From the NCBI GenBank assembly GCA_963725865.1, contig CAVSAC010000014.1, forward strand, positions 1,152,001-1,216,000: a DNA stretch of 64,000 nt, read 5' to 3'. Every line of letters begins with the position of its first letter. Position 1 is the stretch's first letter. This DNA is from Candidatus Eiseniibacteriota bacterium. Lineage in GTDB: Bacteria > Eisenbacteria > RBG-16-71-46. The position numbers and the translations under genes are program-made. The notes below the pieces were generated by a model, which saw only the letters and a program-made list of their open reading frames with translations, searched no databases and was not told the DNA's origin. Below, one piece after another: positions 27,153 through 36,623 of the stretch.

Positions 27153-28355
27153 TCACACCTTCACCAGCTCCACCCGCCGGTTGTTCTGGCGGCCCTCGAC
27201 GGTGTCGTTCGGGGCGACCGGCTTGGTCGCGCCGAGACCCTTGGTCGTGAGGCGGCCCGCGTCGACGCCGAACTTGTCGACCAGGCTCTGGCGAACCGCC
27301 GCCGCGCGCTTATCGGACAGCGTCTGATTCGCGGCCGCGACGCCGACGTTGTCGGTGTGGCCCTCGATCAGGAGCTTCAGCTCCGGATGCTCGCCGAGCA
27401 TCCCCGCGATCTCCTTGAGCGTGGGGGTGGACTCGGGACGGATGCGGTCCGAGCCGGTGTCGAAGTAGATCCCCTGCGTGGCCACGCGGCCATCCTCCGA
27501 CAGCGCGTCGTAGAGCTTCTTGCCGCCGGCGGCGATGCGGAAGTTGCCGAACAACGCCGGCTTGCCCTCGGCGGCGTCGACGAAGAACTGGATCTTGTTG
27601 GCGCGCTCGGCCGTGAAGTTGGGGATGTTCGCGAGGCGCTTGTCGTTGACGTAGAGCTTCACGTAGGCGCCGTCGGCCATCACACGCGCATGGACGACCT
27701 TGTCGGCGAGCGCCGGGTTGTGGGTGGAGCGCGCCTGGATCCCAGTGCCCTGCACGCCGGCGGTGCCGCCGTTGCCGAAGATCAGGTACTCGGAGCCGTG
27801 CTCCTCGCGGGCCGGATAGATCCACATCTCGCCGCCGGGGGCCGCGTAGTCGAACTCCATGGTGTAGCGCGCCGGCAGCACTTCGGGCAGCACCACGTTG
27901 AACTTCGACGTGGTGGTCAGCTGCAGCCAGCGGCTGCCCTGCCACTCGACGATCTCCATGGTGCCGCTCACGAACTCCAGCTTGCGCGGAAAGTCGCCGA
28001 CCTCGTCCTTCATGAAGTCGTCGGCATAGATCACGCGACTGCCGGGCCGGAAGTCGTAGTTGGCCCACGCGCCCTCGCCGGGCTTCATCTGGTCGCCCGC
28101 GGCGGTCGAGGCGGCGCCGCCCGCGGGGCTCGCCGTCGTCGCGCCGGCGGCGGCCGGCTCGCCCGGCTGCTGGTCGGGCGTCGCGGCGCCCTCGGTCTTG
28201 TCGACGGCCTTGTCGACCGCCTGGTCGGTCTTCTGTCCGGCCTTGTCCTTGAGCTTCTGCTTGGCGCGGTCCAGCAGGCCGAGCCCGCCGTGCGCCTGCG
28301 GCGCGGCGATCAGCGCGACCAGCCCGAGTGCGATGAGAACGCGTGCGAGTTTCAT
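27153..28355 (-). CDS. OmpA-family protein (C-terminal peptidoglycan-binding domain)
   Basis: Signal peptide; IYFDTGS; IEGHTDNVG; LSDKRA; GRQNNRRVE. Confidence 0.9.
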   Translation of the reverse strand: MKLARVLIALGLVALIAAPQAHGGLGLLDRAKQKLKDKAGQKTDQAVDKAVDKTEGAATPDQQPGEPAAAGATTASPAGGAASTAAGDQMKPGEGAWANYDFRPGSRVIYADDFMKDEVGDFPRKLEFVSGTMEIVEWQGSRWLQLTTTSKFNVVLPEVLPARYTMEFDYAAPGGEMWIYPAREEHGSEYLIFGNGGTAGVQGTGIQARSTHNPALADKVVHARVMADGAYVKLYVNDKRLANIPNFTAERANKIQFFVDAAEGKPALFGNFRIAAGGKKLYDALSEDGRVATQGIYFDTGSDRIRPESTPTLKEIAGMLGEHPELKLLIEGHTDNVGVAAANQTLSDKRAAAVRQSLVDKFGVDAGRLTTKGLGATKPVAPNDTVEGRQNNRRVELVKV

Positions 28356-28472
28356 GGGCTGCTCCTTGCGGATGCGGGAGGTTCCGGACTTACGGCGGGG
28401 GGCCGCGGATCGACGACGATGCGGAGTCGCGGGGCCGTGTCGGCGCGGGCGGACTCCGTCAGGGCCGTAAGG

Positions 28473-29144
28473 TTACGCCGCTCCCGCCGCGCGCGCCACG
28501 AATCGCTCGCGCCAGCGGGGCGACAGCGCCTCGCACGCCGCCGCGTCGCGGAGCAGGCCGGGGTCGGCGGAGGGCGTGGAGTGCAGCCGGAAGACCCGCT
28601 CCACCGTCCACTCCGGGCACGGACGCGCGACGCGCGTGAGCGTGTCGCCGCGCCCCAGCTCGCCGGGGCGCAGCACGCGCAGGAACCAGCCCGTGCGCGC
28701 GGTCTCGGTGGCCCGCTGCACCAGCGTCGGCATGTCCCACACCCGCGCGATCGCGGTGCACGGACCGCGCGGCTGCGCCACCTCGAGCCGCACCTCGCCG
28801 GTCTCGTACACGTCGCCGATGCAGACGGTGGTCTCGTCGAGTCCGTCGATCGTGAGGTTCTCCGCGAAGCCGCCGGGACCCAGGCGCTCGAGTCCGGATT
28901 CCAGGCGCCAGCGCGGATAGTGCGCCGCCGCGTACGCGAGCACCGCCATGTGTGGGCCACCGTGCACGTCGCGATTCGCGTGTTCGTCTCCCGCGAGTCC
29001 GAGCGTCTCGGCGCGCAGTCGCCCGGGAGCCTCGTCCTTGTGGTAAGCGGAGCGCCAGGTGCGCTGCGCGGCGTGGTCCCAGGCGGGACGCGGGTATTCG
29101 CGCACGCGGCCGGTGCGGAGCGAGACGACGAGGCCCTGGCTCAT
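28473..29144 (-). CDS. MOSC domain protein (YiiM-like)
   Basis: GLAGDE..HGG; FAENLT; IGD; QPRGPC; TGWFLRVLRPG. Confidence 0.88.
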   Translation of the reverse strand: MSQGLVVSLRTGRVREYPRPAWDHAAQRTWRSAYHKDEAPGRLRAETLGLAGDEHANRDVHGGPHMAVLAYAAAHYPRWRLESGLERLGPGGFAENLTIDGLDETTVCIGDVYETGEVRLEVAQPRGPCTAIARVWDMPTLVQRATETARTGWFLRVLRPGELGRGDTLTRVARPCPEWTVERVFRLHSTPSADPGLLRDAAACEALSPRWRERFVARAAGAA

Positions 29145-29334
29145 GGGGGATCTCCGGCGGGTCCGTGGTCGGCCGGCGCGCGGGTCGCGCGGGTCGCGGG
29201 ACCGATTCTCCGCGACTCGCGTGCGCCGCACAAGCCCGCTGGCGGCGGGTTCGACCGGTCTGGGGGATGGTGCTATAGGTTCCCGATCCGGCCCCCCGGC
29301 TGGCCGACCCTCGTCGCGCACGGGAGATCCCCGC

Positions 29335-30711
29335 ATGAACTACCCGATCTGGGACATGCCGTTGCTCGGCGGCGGCGTCCTCATCGGTCTCGTCGCGATC
29401 CTCCACGTCTTCGTCTCCCATTTCGCGGTCGGCGGCGGGCTGTTCCTGGTGCTCCACGAGGCGCGCGCGCGTCGCACCGGCGACGCCGCGCTGCTCGCGT
29501 ACGTACGCGGGCACTCGCGGTTCTTCGCGCTGGTCACGCTGGTGCTCGGGGCGGTCAGTGGGGTCGGCATCTGGTGGACCATCGGCGTGGTGCATCCGAC
29601 CGCCACCTCGACGCTGATCCACACGTTCGTATGGGGCTGGGCGATCGAGTGGACGTTCTTCTTCGTCGAGATCGCCGCCGCGTACGTGTACTACTACGGC
29701 TGGGACCGGCTCGACGCGCGCACCCATCAGGCGGTCGGCTGGATCTACTTCGGCTCCGCGTGGATGAGCCTGGTCGTCATCAACGGCATCCTCACGTTCA
29801 TGCTGACCCCCGGGCGCTGGCTCCAGACCCGCCAGTTCGTCGACGGCTTCTTCAACCCCACGTACCTGCCGTCGCTCGCGATCCGCTCGATGGTGTGCGT
29901 GGCGCTCGCCGGCATCTACGCCCTGCTCACCGCCTCGGCGGTCGAGGCGCGCGAGCTGCGGCTGCGCGTCACGCGTCACGCCGCGGGCTGGGTGCTCGTC
30001 GGGGTGGCGCCGCTGCCGCCGCTCGGGGCGTGGTACATCGCCAGCATCCCGCAGCTGGCGCGCGACATGTCGATGGGAGGCGCGCCCGCAGTGACCATCT
30101 TCGCGTCCGCGACGGTGATGCTCTCGGTGCTCGTCATGGGCATCACGTGGCTGGGCCCCTATCGCCGCCCGCAGTGGTCCAACGCGCTGGTGGCCGCGAT
30201 CGTCGCGATGCTCGGTCTCGGGGTGACCGGCGCCACCGAATGGGTGCGCGAGGCGGTGCGCAAGCCGTACGTGATCTACGGGTACATGTACTCGAACGCG
30301 ATCCGGGTCGACGACGTGGACCGCATCCGCGCGCGCGGCGCGCTGTCCGCCGCGCGCTGGACCACGCTCGATCACGTCACACCCGAGAACGCCCGGAGCG
30401 CAGGCGAGCAACTGTTCCGGCTCGAGTGCCGGTCGTGCCACACGGTCGACGGCTACAACGGTATCCGCGCGCTGGTGAAGGGCTGGCGCTACGAATTTCT
30501 CGACCAGCAGCTGATGCACCTCAACGAGCTCAAGGGCTACATGCCGCCGTTCGTCGGCACCCCCGACGAGCGGCGCGCGCTCGCGCGGTGGCTGTTCGAG
30601 CTGAGCCGCGAGCGGCCGTTCAGCGAGCCGTGGCTGGCGCGCGGCATGCTGCCATCGCACGCGGCGCGTGGTGGCACGCGCGACGCCGACGCGGCAGGGG
30701 CGGTCCGATGA
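29335..30711 (+). CDS. Cytochrome bd subunit I (CydA)-like membrane protein fused to a C-terminal c-type cytochrome
   Basis: LHVFVSHFAVGGG; WAIEWTFFFVE; TFMLTPG; EWVREAVRKPY; CRSCH...YMPP. Confidence 0.82.
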   Translation: MNYPIWDMPLLGGGVLIGLVAILHVFVSHFAVGGGLFLVLHEARARRTGDAALLAYVRGHSRFFALVTLVLGAVSGVGIWWTIGVVHPTATSTLIHTFVWGWAIEWTFFFVEIAAAYVYYYGWDRLDARTHQAVGWIYFGSAWMSLVVINGILTFMLTPGRWLQTRQFVDGFFNPTYLPSLAIRSMVCVALAGIYALLTASAVEARELRLRVTRHAAGWVLVGVAPLPPLGAWYIASIPQLARDMSMGGAPAVTIFASATVMLSVLVMGITWLGPYRRPQWSNALVAAIVAMLGLGVTGATEWVREAVRKPYVIYGYMYSNAIRVDDVDRIRARGALSAARWTTLDHVTPENARSAGEQLFRLECRSCHTVDGYNGIRALVKGWRYEFLDQQLMHLNELKGYMPPFVGTPDERRALARWLFELSRERPFSEPWLARGMLPSHAARGGTRDADAAGAVR

Positions 30712-31817
30712 ACGTCGTGCTGCCCGAAGGCGATCCCGCCGGCCTGCCGGCGCCGGTCGCGCTGCTGCGCTTCCTGCTCCTGTTCACGTTCCTGCTGCAC
30801 CTGCTGCCCATGAACCTGACGCTGGGGGGCGGACTGGTCGCGGGCTGGGCGGCGCTGCGCGGGAAGGCGTTCGAGCGCGCGGGCCGCACGCTCGAGGCCA
30901 GCCACATGCGCGCGGTGGCGGGCGGGCTGGTGGCGCTGCTGCCGGTCTCCACCGCGTTCGCGATCACGTTCGGGGTCGCGCCGCTGCTGTTCCTGCAGGT
31001 GCTGTACGGACAGCTGTTCTACTCCTCGTCGGTGCTGATGGCGTGGGTGTGGCTGGCGGTGATTCCGCTGCTGCTGGTCGGCTACTACGCCTACCACGCG
31101 CTCGCGGCACGTCACGGCGCGCTCGATCGCGAATCGGTGGGGCTCGCCTTTGGCGCGGCGGGGGCGTTCCTGCTGATCGCGGTGGTGTTCGTGCTCAACA
31201 CGACTCTCATGCTGCGTCCCGACCGCTTCCACGGGCTCTACGCCGCGAGCGGGCGGGGCCTGCACCTCAATGTCGACGAGCCCATGCTGTGGCCGCGGCT
31301 GCTCCACATGCTCGTGGCCGCCTGCGCGTTCACCGGACTGGCGGTGGCCTACCTCGGCGCGACGCGGCGGCGGGCGGACCCGGCGCTGGGCGTGGCGGTG
31401 CGCAGCTTCGGCGTGCGATTGTTCATCGGCGCCACGCTGGCGCAGCTCGTGATCGGCCCTTGGTTCCTCTGGAGCCTGCCGGAGCCGGTGCGCGCGGTGT
31501 TCCTCGGCGGCTGGCCCGGGCACACGTCGCTGCTGGCGGCGTCGATCGTGATGGCGGTGTTCGCGATGGTGGTGATGCCGCGCTCGCTGGTGTGGGGCTC
31601 GGTGCTGCTCATGCTGACGCTGTGCGGCATGGTGGTGGTGCGCCACCGCGTCCGCGCGCTGATGCTGGATCCGGTGTTCGCGCCCGGCGACCTGGCGGTG
31701 CGCCCGCAGTGGGGAGTGTTCGCGATCTTCGCCCTGTGCCTGGTGGCGGGGATCGCGGTGGTGGCGTGGATGGTAATGCGGCTCGCGGCGGCGAGCCCGC
31801 GGGAGGAAGGCCGATGA
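30708..31817 (+). CDS. Second, divergent CydA-like multi-pass membrane protein
   Basis: ATGA overlap; LHLLPMNLTLGGG; GVAPLLFLQVLYG; WPRLLHML. Confidence 0.7.
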   Translation: MNVVLPEGDPAGLPAPVALLRFLLLFTFLLHLLPMNLTLGGGLVAGWAALRGKAFERAGRTLEASHMRAVAGGLVALLPVSTAFAITFGVAPLLFLQVLYGQLFYSSSVLMAWVWLAVIPLLLVGYYAYHALAARHGALDRESVGLAFGAAGAFLLIAVVFVLNTTLMLRPDRFHGLYAASGRGLHLNVDEPMLWPRLLHMLVAACAFTGLAVAYLGATRRRADPALGVAVRSFGVRLFIGATLAQLVIGPWFLWSLPEPVRAVFLGGWPGHTSLLAASIVMAVFAMVVMPRSLVWGSVLLMLTLCGMVVVRHRVRALMLDPVFAPGDLAVRPQWGVFAIFALCLVAGIAVVAWMVMRLAAASPREEGR

Positions 31818-33330
31818 GTCTCGGGGAATGGGCGCGCCGCCACGCACCGGCGCCGGCGCGCGGCAACGCGGTGCAGGATCTGCTGGCCGGCCGGGACGAC
31901 GCGACGATCGCGCGCGAGCGCGGCCTGCCGCTCGCGACGGTGGCGGGGATCCGTACGTTCTACGACCAGCTCGAGGACGTGCCGCGCGTCTGCGACGGCA
32001 CCTCGTGCCGCTTCGCCGGCGGCGAGGCGATCCGCGAGCGGCTGGCCGGGCGCGTGGCGGCGGGCGAGGTGCGCTGCCTCGGCCACTGCTACGACGCGCC
32101 GGCCGTGCGGGTCGGCGACACCGTGTTCTCGCGCTCCAGCCACGCGGCGTTCGAGCGGTGGCTCGCCGACCCGCGCGGACCGGTGCCCGCGGCGACCGGC
32201 GCGATCCCGATCCCGCGCATGAGCCTGGCGGACCCGCCGGTGCTGCTGCGCGACCTGCTCGGACCCCCGCGGCCCGCGACCGCGGGCGAGTACCAGTTGC
32301 CGCCGCCGGAGGCGGTCCTGGACGCGGTCGAGGCGTACGGCCTGCGCGGCCGCGGCGGCGCGGCGTTCCCGACCGCCGAGAAGTGGAAGGCCGCGCGCGA
32401 CACCGCGGCTCCCGACCGCGTGGTGGTCGCCAACGGCGACGAGGGCGACCCGGGCTCGTTCGTGGACCGGCTGCTGCTCGAGGAGGCGCCGCACGCGATC
32501 CTCTCGGGGATGGTGGCGGCCGCGAGCGTGATCGGGGCCCGGCGCGGCATCGTGTACATCCGCGCCGAGTACCCGCGCGCACATGCGGTGATGCGCGCCG
32601 CGATCGCCGACGCGCGCGCCGCCGGGCACCTGGGCGAGCCGTTCGACGTGGAGGTGGTCTCGGGCGCGGGCTCGTACGTGTGCGGCGAGGAGACCGCGCT
32701 GCTCAACTCGATCGAGGGCCTGCGCGGCGAGCCGCGCATCCGCCGCCGTTCCCCAGCACGGCGGGCCTGTGGGGACTGCCGACCGTGGTGCAGAACGTCG
32801 AGACCCTCGCGATCGTGTCGTGGCTGGTGCGCGGCGGCCGCGGCGACAGCACCAAGCTGCTGAGCCTCGCCGGCGCGGTGGACTGGCCGGGCGTGGTCGA
32901 GGTGCCGCTCGGCACCCCGCTGCGCCGGGTGCTGATCGAGGGCGGCGGCGGACCGCCCGCCGGGCGGCGCTGGCGGATGGCGCTCATCGGCGGACCGCTC
33001 GGGCGCGTGGTGCCGGAGCGCTACTTCGACACCCCGCTCTCGTACGACACGCTGCCCGGCATGGGCCACGGCGGCATCGTGGTGCTCGACCAGAGCGTCA
33101 CTCCCGGCGCGCTCGCGCGCCACGTGATGCGCTTCGCGCACGCGGAGTCCTGCGGCAACTGCGCGCCGTGCCGCATCGGGACCGCGCGGCTCGCTCAGAT
33201 GCAGGAGCGCGCGGGACTCGAGCGGCTGCTCGACACGCTCGAGGCGGGCAGCCTGTGCGGCTTCGGCGCCGGCGTGCCGCGGCCGCTGCGCGACCTGCTG
33301 GAGCATTTCGGCGACGAGGTGTTCGCATGA
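31814..33330 (+). CDS. NuoE/NuoF-like (FdsG/FdsB-like) diaphorase subunit; 1-nt frameshift near 32744
   Basis: CDGTSC...CLGHC 2Fe-2S; GLRGRGGAAFP; NGDEGDPG; YVCGEETAL; after the shift PPFP...NVET, ESCGNCAPCRIG, SLCGFG. Confidence 0.85.
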
Positions 33331-35924
33331 TGCGCATCGACGGTCGCGAGGTCCCCGCGCGCGGCACGCTGCTCGACGCCTGCCGCGCGGCCGGCGCGGG
33401 CGTGCCGGCGTTCTGCGCCGACGACCGGCTGTCGGCCGGCGGGCACTGCCGCTCCTGCATGGTGGAGGTGGACGGCGAGGTGGTCGCCGCATGCACCACG
33501 CCCGCGCGCGACGGCGCGGAGGTGCGCACCGATACCCCCTCGCTGCGCGCCTATCGTCGCGACCTCGGCGAGCTGATGGTGTCCGAGAGCGCGCCCGGCG
33601 GCGCGGTCGGGCGCACGCTCTCGTTGTGGGGCGTGGACGGCGCTCGCTACGGCCGCGCCACCCGGCGCTACGAGCCGGACGCCAGCCATCCGTACCTGCG
33701 CGTCGACCTCGACGCGTGCATCCTGTGCCGCCGCTGCGTGCGCGCGTGCGAGGAGATCCAGGGCCAATTCGTGTACTCCGTGCTCCATCGCGGCGCCTCC
33801 TCACGCATCGCGTGGGGAACCGGCCGCTTCGCGGACTCCGACTGCGTCGCGTGCGGCGCGTGCGTCGCCAGCTGCCCGACCGGCGCGATCACCGACGTGG
33901 ACCGCCTGCAGGGCGGGGCGCCGGACGAGACGGTCACCCGCACCACCTGCACCTTCTGCGGCGTCGGCTGTCAGATGGACGTGCACGCCACCGCGGAGCG
34001 CATCCTGCGCATCGACGGCGCGCCGTCGCCGGTCAACCGCGGGCACCTGTGCGTCAAGGGCCGCTACGCGCACGGCTTCACGCGCCATCCCGAGCGGCTC
34101 ACCCAGCCGCTGATCCGCCGCGACGGGCGGCTGGAGCCGGCGAGCTGGGACCAGGCGCTCGCGCTGATCGCGCGCGAGTTCAAGCGCCACGCCGGCCACG
34201 TGGCGGCGCTGTCGTCGTCGCGCTGCACCAACGAGGAGAACTACCTGGTCCAGAAGTGGTTCCGCGCCGGGCTCGGCACCCACGACGTGGACAGCTGCGC
34301 GCGCGTCTGTCACGCGCCCTCGGCCGCGGGGATGCGCGAGGCGTTCGGCACCGGCGCCGCGACCAACAGCCTCGACGACCTCGAGCGCGCGGACCTCATC
34401 CTGGTGATCGGCGCCAACGTCACCGAGGCGCATCCGGTCACCGGCGCGCGCATCAAGCAGGCGGCGCTGCGCGGCACCACGTTGATCGTGATCGACCCGC
34501 GGGTGACCGAGCTGGCGGCGATGGCCGACCTGCACCTGCAGGTCCGCCCGGGCGCAAACGTGCCGCTGTTCAACGCCCTCGCGGCGACGATCGTCGAGGA
34601 AGGCCTGCTGAGGCGCGAGTTCGTCGACACCCGCGTCGAGGGCTGGGCGGAGTTCGCGAGCCACATCCGCGGCGAGACGCCCGAGCGCTGGCAGTCGGTC
34701 ACCGGCGTGCCGGCCGCGGCGGTGCGCGACGCGGCCCGCCGCTACGCGAGCGCCGGGCGTCCGCTGATGGTGCACGGCCACGGCGTCACCGGGCACCATC
34801 AGGGCAGCGAGGCGGTGATGGCGCTGTGCAACCTGGCGCTGCTGGTGGGCGCGGTGGGCCGGCCCGGCACCGGCGTGAACCCGCTGAGCGGTCAGAACAA
34901 CGCGCAGGGCTCCGTCGACATGGGCTGCGTGCCCGACCGCCTCGCCGGTGACGCGCCGGTCGACGCCGACGACGCGCGCGCACGCTGCGAGGCGGTGTGG
35001 GGTCGCCCGCTGCCGCGCACGGTGGGCCGCCGGCGGTTCGAGATCTACGACGCCGCGCGTGCCGGCGACGTGAAGGCGATGTACATCCTCGGCGAGGACG
35101 TGGCGCAGACCGATCCCGACCAGGCTCGCACGCGCGCCGCGCTCCAGTCGCTCGAGTTCCTGGTCGTGCAGGAGCTGTTCCTGTCCGAGACCGCGCGGCT
35201 CGCGCACGTCGTGCTGCCGGGCGCCTCGGCGCTCGAGAAGGACGGCACGTTCACGAACGGCGAGCGCCGCATCCAGCGCGTGCGGCGCGTGCTCGCACCG
35301 CCCGGCGAGGCACGCGCGGACTGGGAGATCCTGCTGGCGCTGATGGCGGCCACCGGGCTCCCGCAGCGCTTCCGCCATCCGTCCGAGGTGATGGACGAGA
35401 TCGCGAAGGTGGCGCCGGCGTTCGCGGGCGTCTCGTACGCGCGCCTCGACGGCGACGGCCTGCAGTGGCCGGTCCCCGACGTGACGCACGCGGGGACGCC
35501 GATGCTCCACGGTGACGCGTTCGCGCGCGGGCGCGGACGCCTGACGCGGATCGCGTACGTGCCCTCGCCCGGACTGGGCGGCGCGCTCACGCTCGTCACC
35601 GGCCGCGTGCTCGAACACTACAACGCCGGCACCATGACGCGGCGCACCGGCAACGTGGAGCTGGTGAGCGGGGACGCGCTCGAGATCCATCCCGAGGACG
35701 CGCGCGCCCGCGGCATCGCCGATGGCGACGCCGTCACCGTCGCCAGCGCCCACGGCGAGGCGCACGCCCGCGCGCGGGTCACCGAGCGGGTGGCGCGCGG
35801 CGTGGTGTTCCTGTCGTTCCATTTTCCCGGCACCACGACCAATGCGGTGACCGGTGAGGTACGCGATCGCGTCACCGATTGTCCCGAATACAAGCTGACC
35901 GCGGTCGAGGTGCGCAAGGGCTGA
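33327..35924 (+). CDS. Formate dehydrogenase alpha subunit-like molybdo-bis-PGD enzyme (FdhF/FdsA-like, Cys-type, no Tat signal)
   Basis: N-terminal Fe-S motifs CRSC, CILCRRC, CVACGAC; CTFCGVGC; LCVKG; SCARVCH; EKDGTFTNGERR; PEYK. Confidence 0.9.
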   Translation: MMRIDGREVPARGTLLDACRAAGAGVPAFCADDRLSAGGHCRSCMVEVDGEVVAACTTPARDGAEVRTDTPSLRAYRRDLGELMVSESAPGGAVGRTLSLWGVDGARYGRATRRYEPDASHPYLRVDLDACILCRRCVRACEEIQGQFVYSVLHRGASSRIAWGTGRFADSDCVACGACVASCPTGAITDVDRLQGGAPDETVTRTTCTFCGVGCQMDVHATAERILRIDGAPSPVNRGHLCVKGRYAHGFTRHPERLTQPLIRRDGRLEPASWDQALALIAREFKRHAGHVAALSSSRCTNEENYLVQKWFRAGLGTHDVDSCARVCHAPSAAGMREAFGTGAATNSLDDLERADLILVIGANVTEAHPVTGARIKQAALRGTTLIVIDPRVTELAAMADLHLQVRPGANVPLFNALAATIVEEGLLRREFVDTRVEGWAEFASHIRGETPERWQSVTGVPAAAVRDAARRYASAGRPLMVHGHGVTGHHQGSEAVMALCNLALLVGAVGRPGTGVNPLSGQNNAQGSVDMGCVPDRLAGDAPVDADDARARCEAVWGRPLPRTVGRRRFEIYDAARAGDVKAMYILGEDVAQTDPDQARTRAALQSLEFLVVQELFLSETARLAHVVLPGASALEKDGTFTNGERRIQRVRRVLAPPGEARADWEILLALMAATGLPQRFRHPSEVMDEIAKVAPAFAGVSYARLDGDGLQWPVPDVTHAGTPMLHGDAFARGRGRLTRIAYVPSPGLGGALTLVTGRVLEHYNAGTMTRRTGNVELVSGDALEIHPEDARARGIADGDAVTVASAHGEAHARARVTERVARGVVFLSFHFPGTTTNAVTGEVRDRVTDCPEYKLTAVEVRKG

Positions 35925-35940
35925 AACGGAGGACCACGAC

Positions 35941-36528
35941 ATGAAGCCCCTGATTCTGTGCGGTCTATTCGCTCTCGCGCTGGCCGTGGCCGCGCCGGCG
36001 CCGGGGCACGCGGCCGCGTCCCCGCTGGAATTCGGTTTCCTGCTCGGCATCGCGGAGCCGCTCGGTGACCTCGGCGACGCGGCCAAGCTCGGGTTCGACT
36101 TCGGCGTGATGACCGAGCGCACGCTGACCCCGGCGTTCGCGTGGGGCGGCACCGTGGTGGTGAACCGGCACGGCTTGAAGGACGTGCCGGGCGCGCTCGG
36201 CGGCGGCAACCTGGACGGCAGCTTCACGATCGTGGGAGTCGGGCCGCACCTGACGTTCTGGCCCGGGAGCGGCGGCGATTCGCGCCCGTTCGCGCGCGTG
36301 GGGCTCGGCGTGTACCACGTCCGCACCCACATCAGCGCGACGTCGGTGATCCGTGAGCGCGACGACTCCGACACCGAGTTCGGGATCCACGTGGGCGGCG
36401 GGCTGTCGCGCCAGCTGACGCCGGGTCTGCGCGGCGGGATCGAAGGCGCCTATCACTCGGTGTTCACCGACCGCGCCACCACGTACCTCAACCTCGGCGT
36501 GTTCGCGCTGTTTGGCGGCGGGCGCTGA
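35941..36528 (+). CDS. Outer-membrane beta-barrel protein
   Basis: GGAGG RBS; signal peptide; alternating beta strands, PFARVGLG, C-terminal LNLGVFALF. Confidence 0.75.
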   Translation: MKPLILCGLFALALAVAAPAPGHAAASPLEFGFLLGIAEPLGDLGDAAKLGFDFGVMTERTLTPAFAWGGTVVVNRHGLKDVPGALGGGNLDGSFTIVGVGPHLTFWPGSGGDSRPFARVGLGVYHVRTHISATSVIRERDDSDTEFGIHVGGGLSRQLTPGLRGGIEGAYHSVFTDRATTYLNLGVFALFGGGR

Positions 36529-36623
36529 CCCTTCGCGCGGAGCGCGCCGGCAGGCACCCGCGTCGCGGATCCGCCGGCGCGCGCCGCCACGGCCGCGCGG
36601 CGTTCGTGCGCTATAGTCGCGGC

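Noticed and set aside
32735..32760. Programmed frameshifting in nuoF-like, GT4, ETF-QO or trxB
   Set aside because: No slippery heptamers or stimulatory structures; scattered indels in short runs fit sequencing error better
34290..34325. Selenocysteine in the FDH-like subunit
   Set aside because: The ligand codon is TGT (Cys); no in-frame TGA
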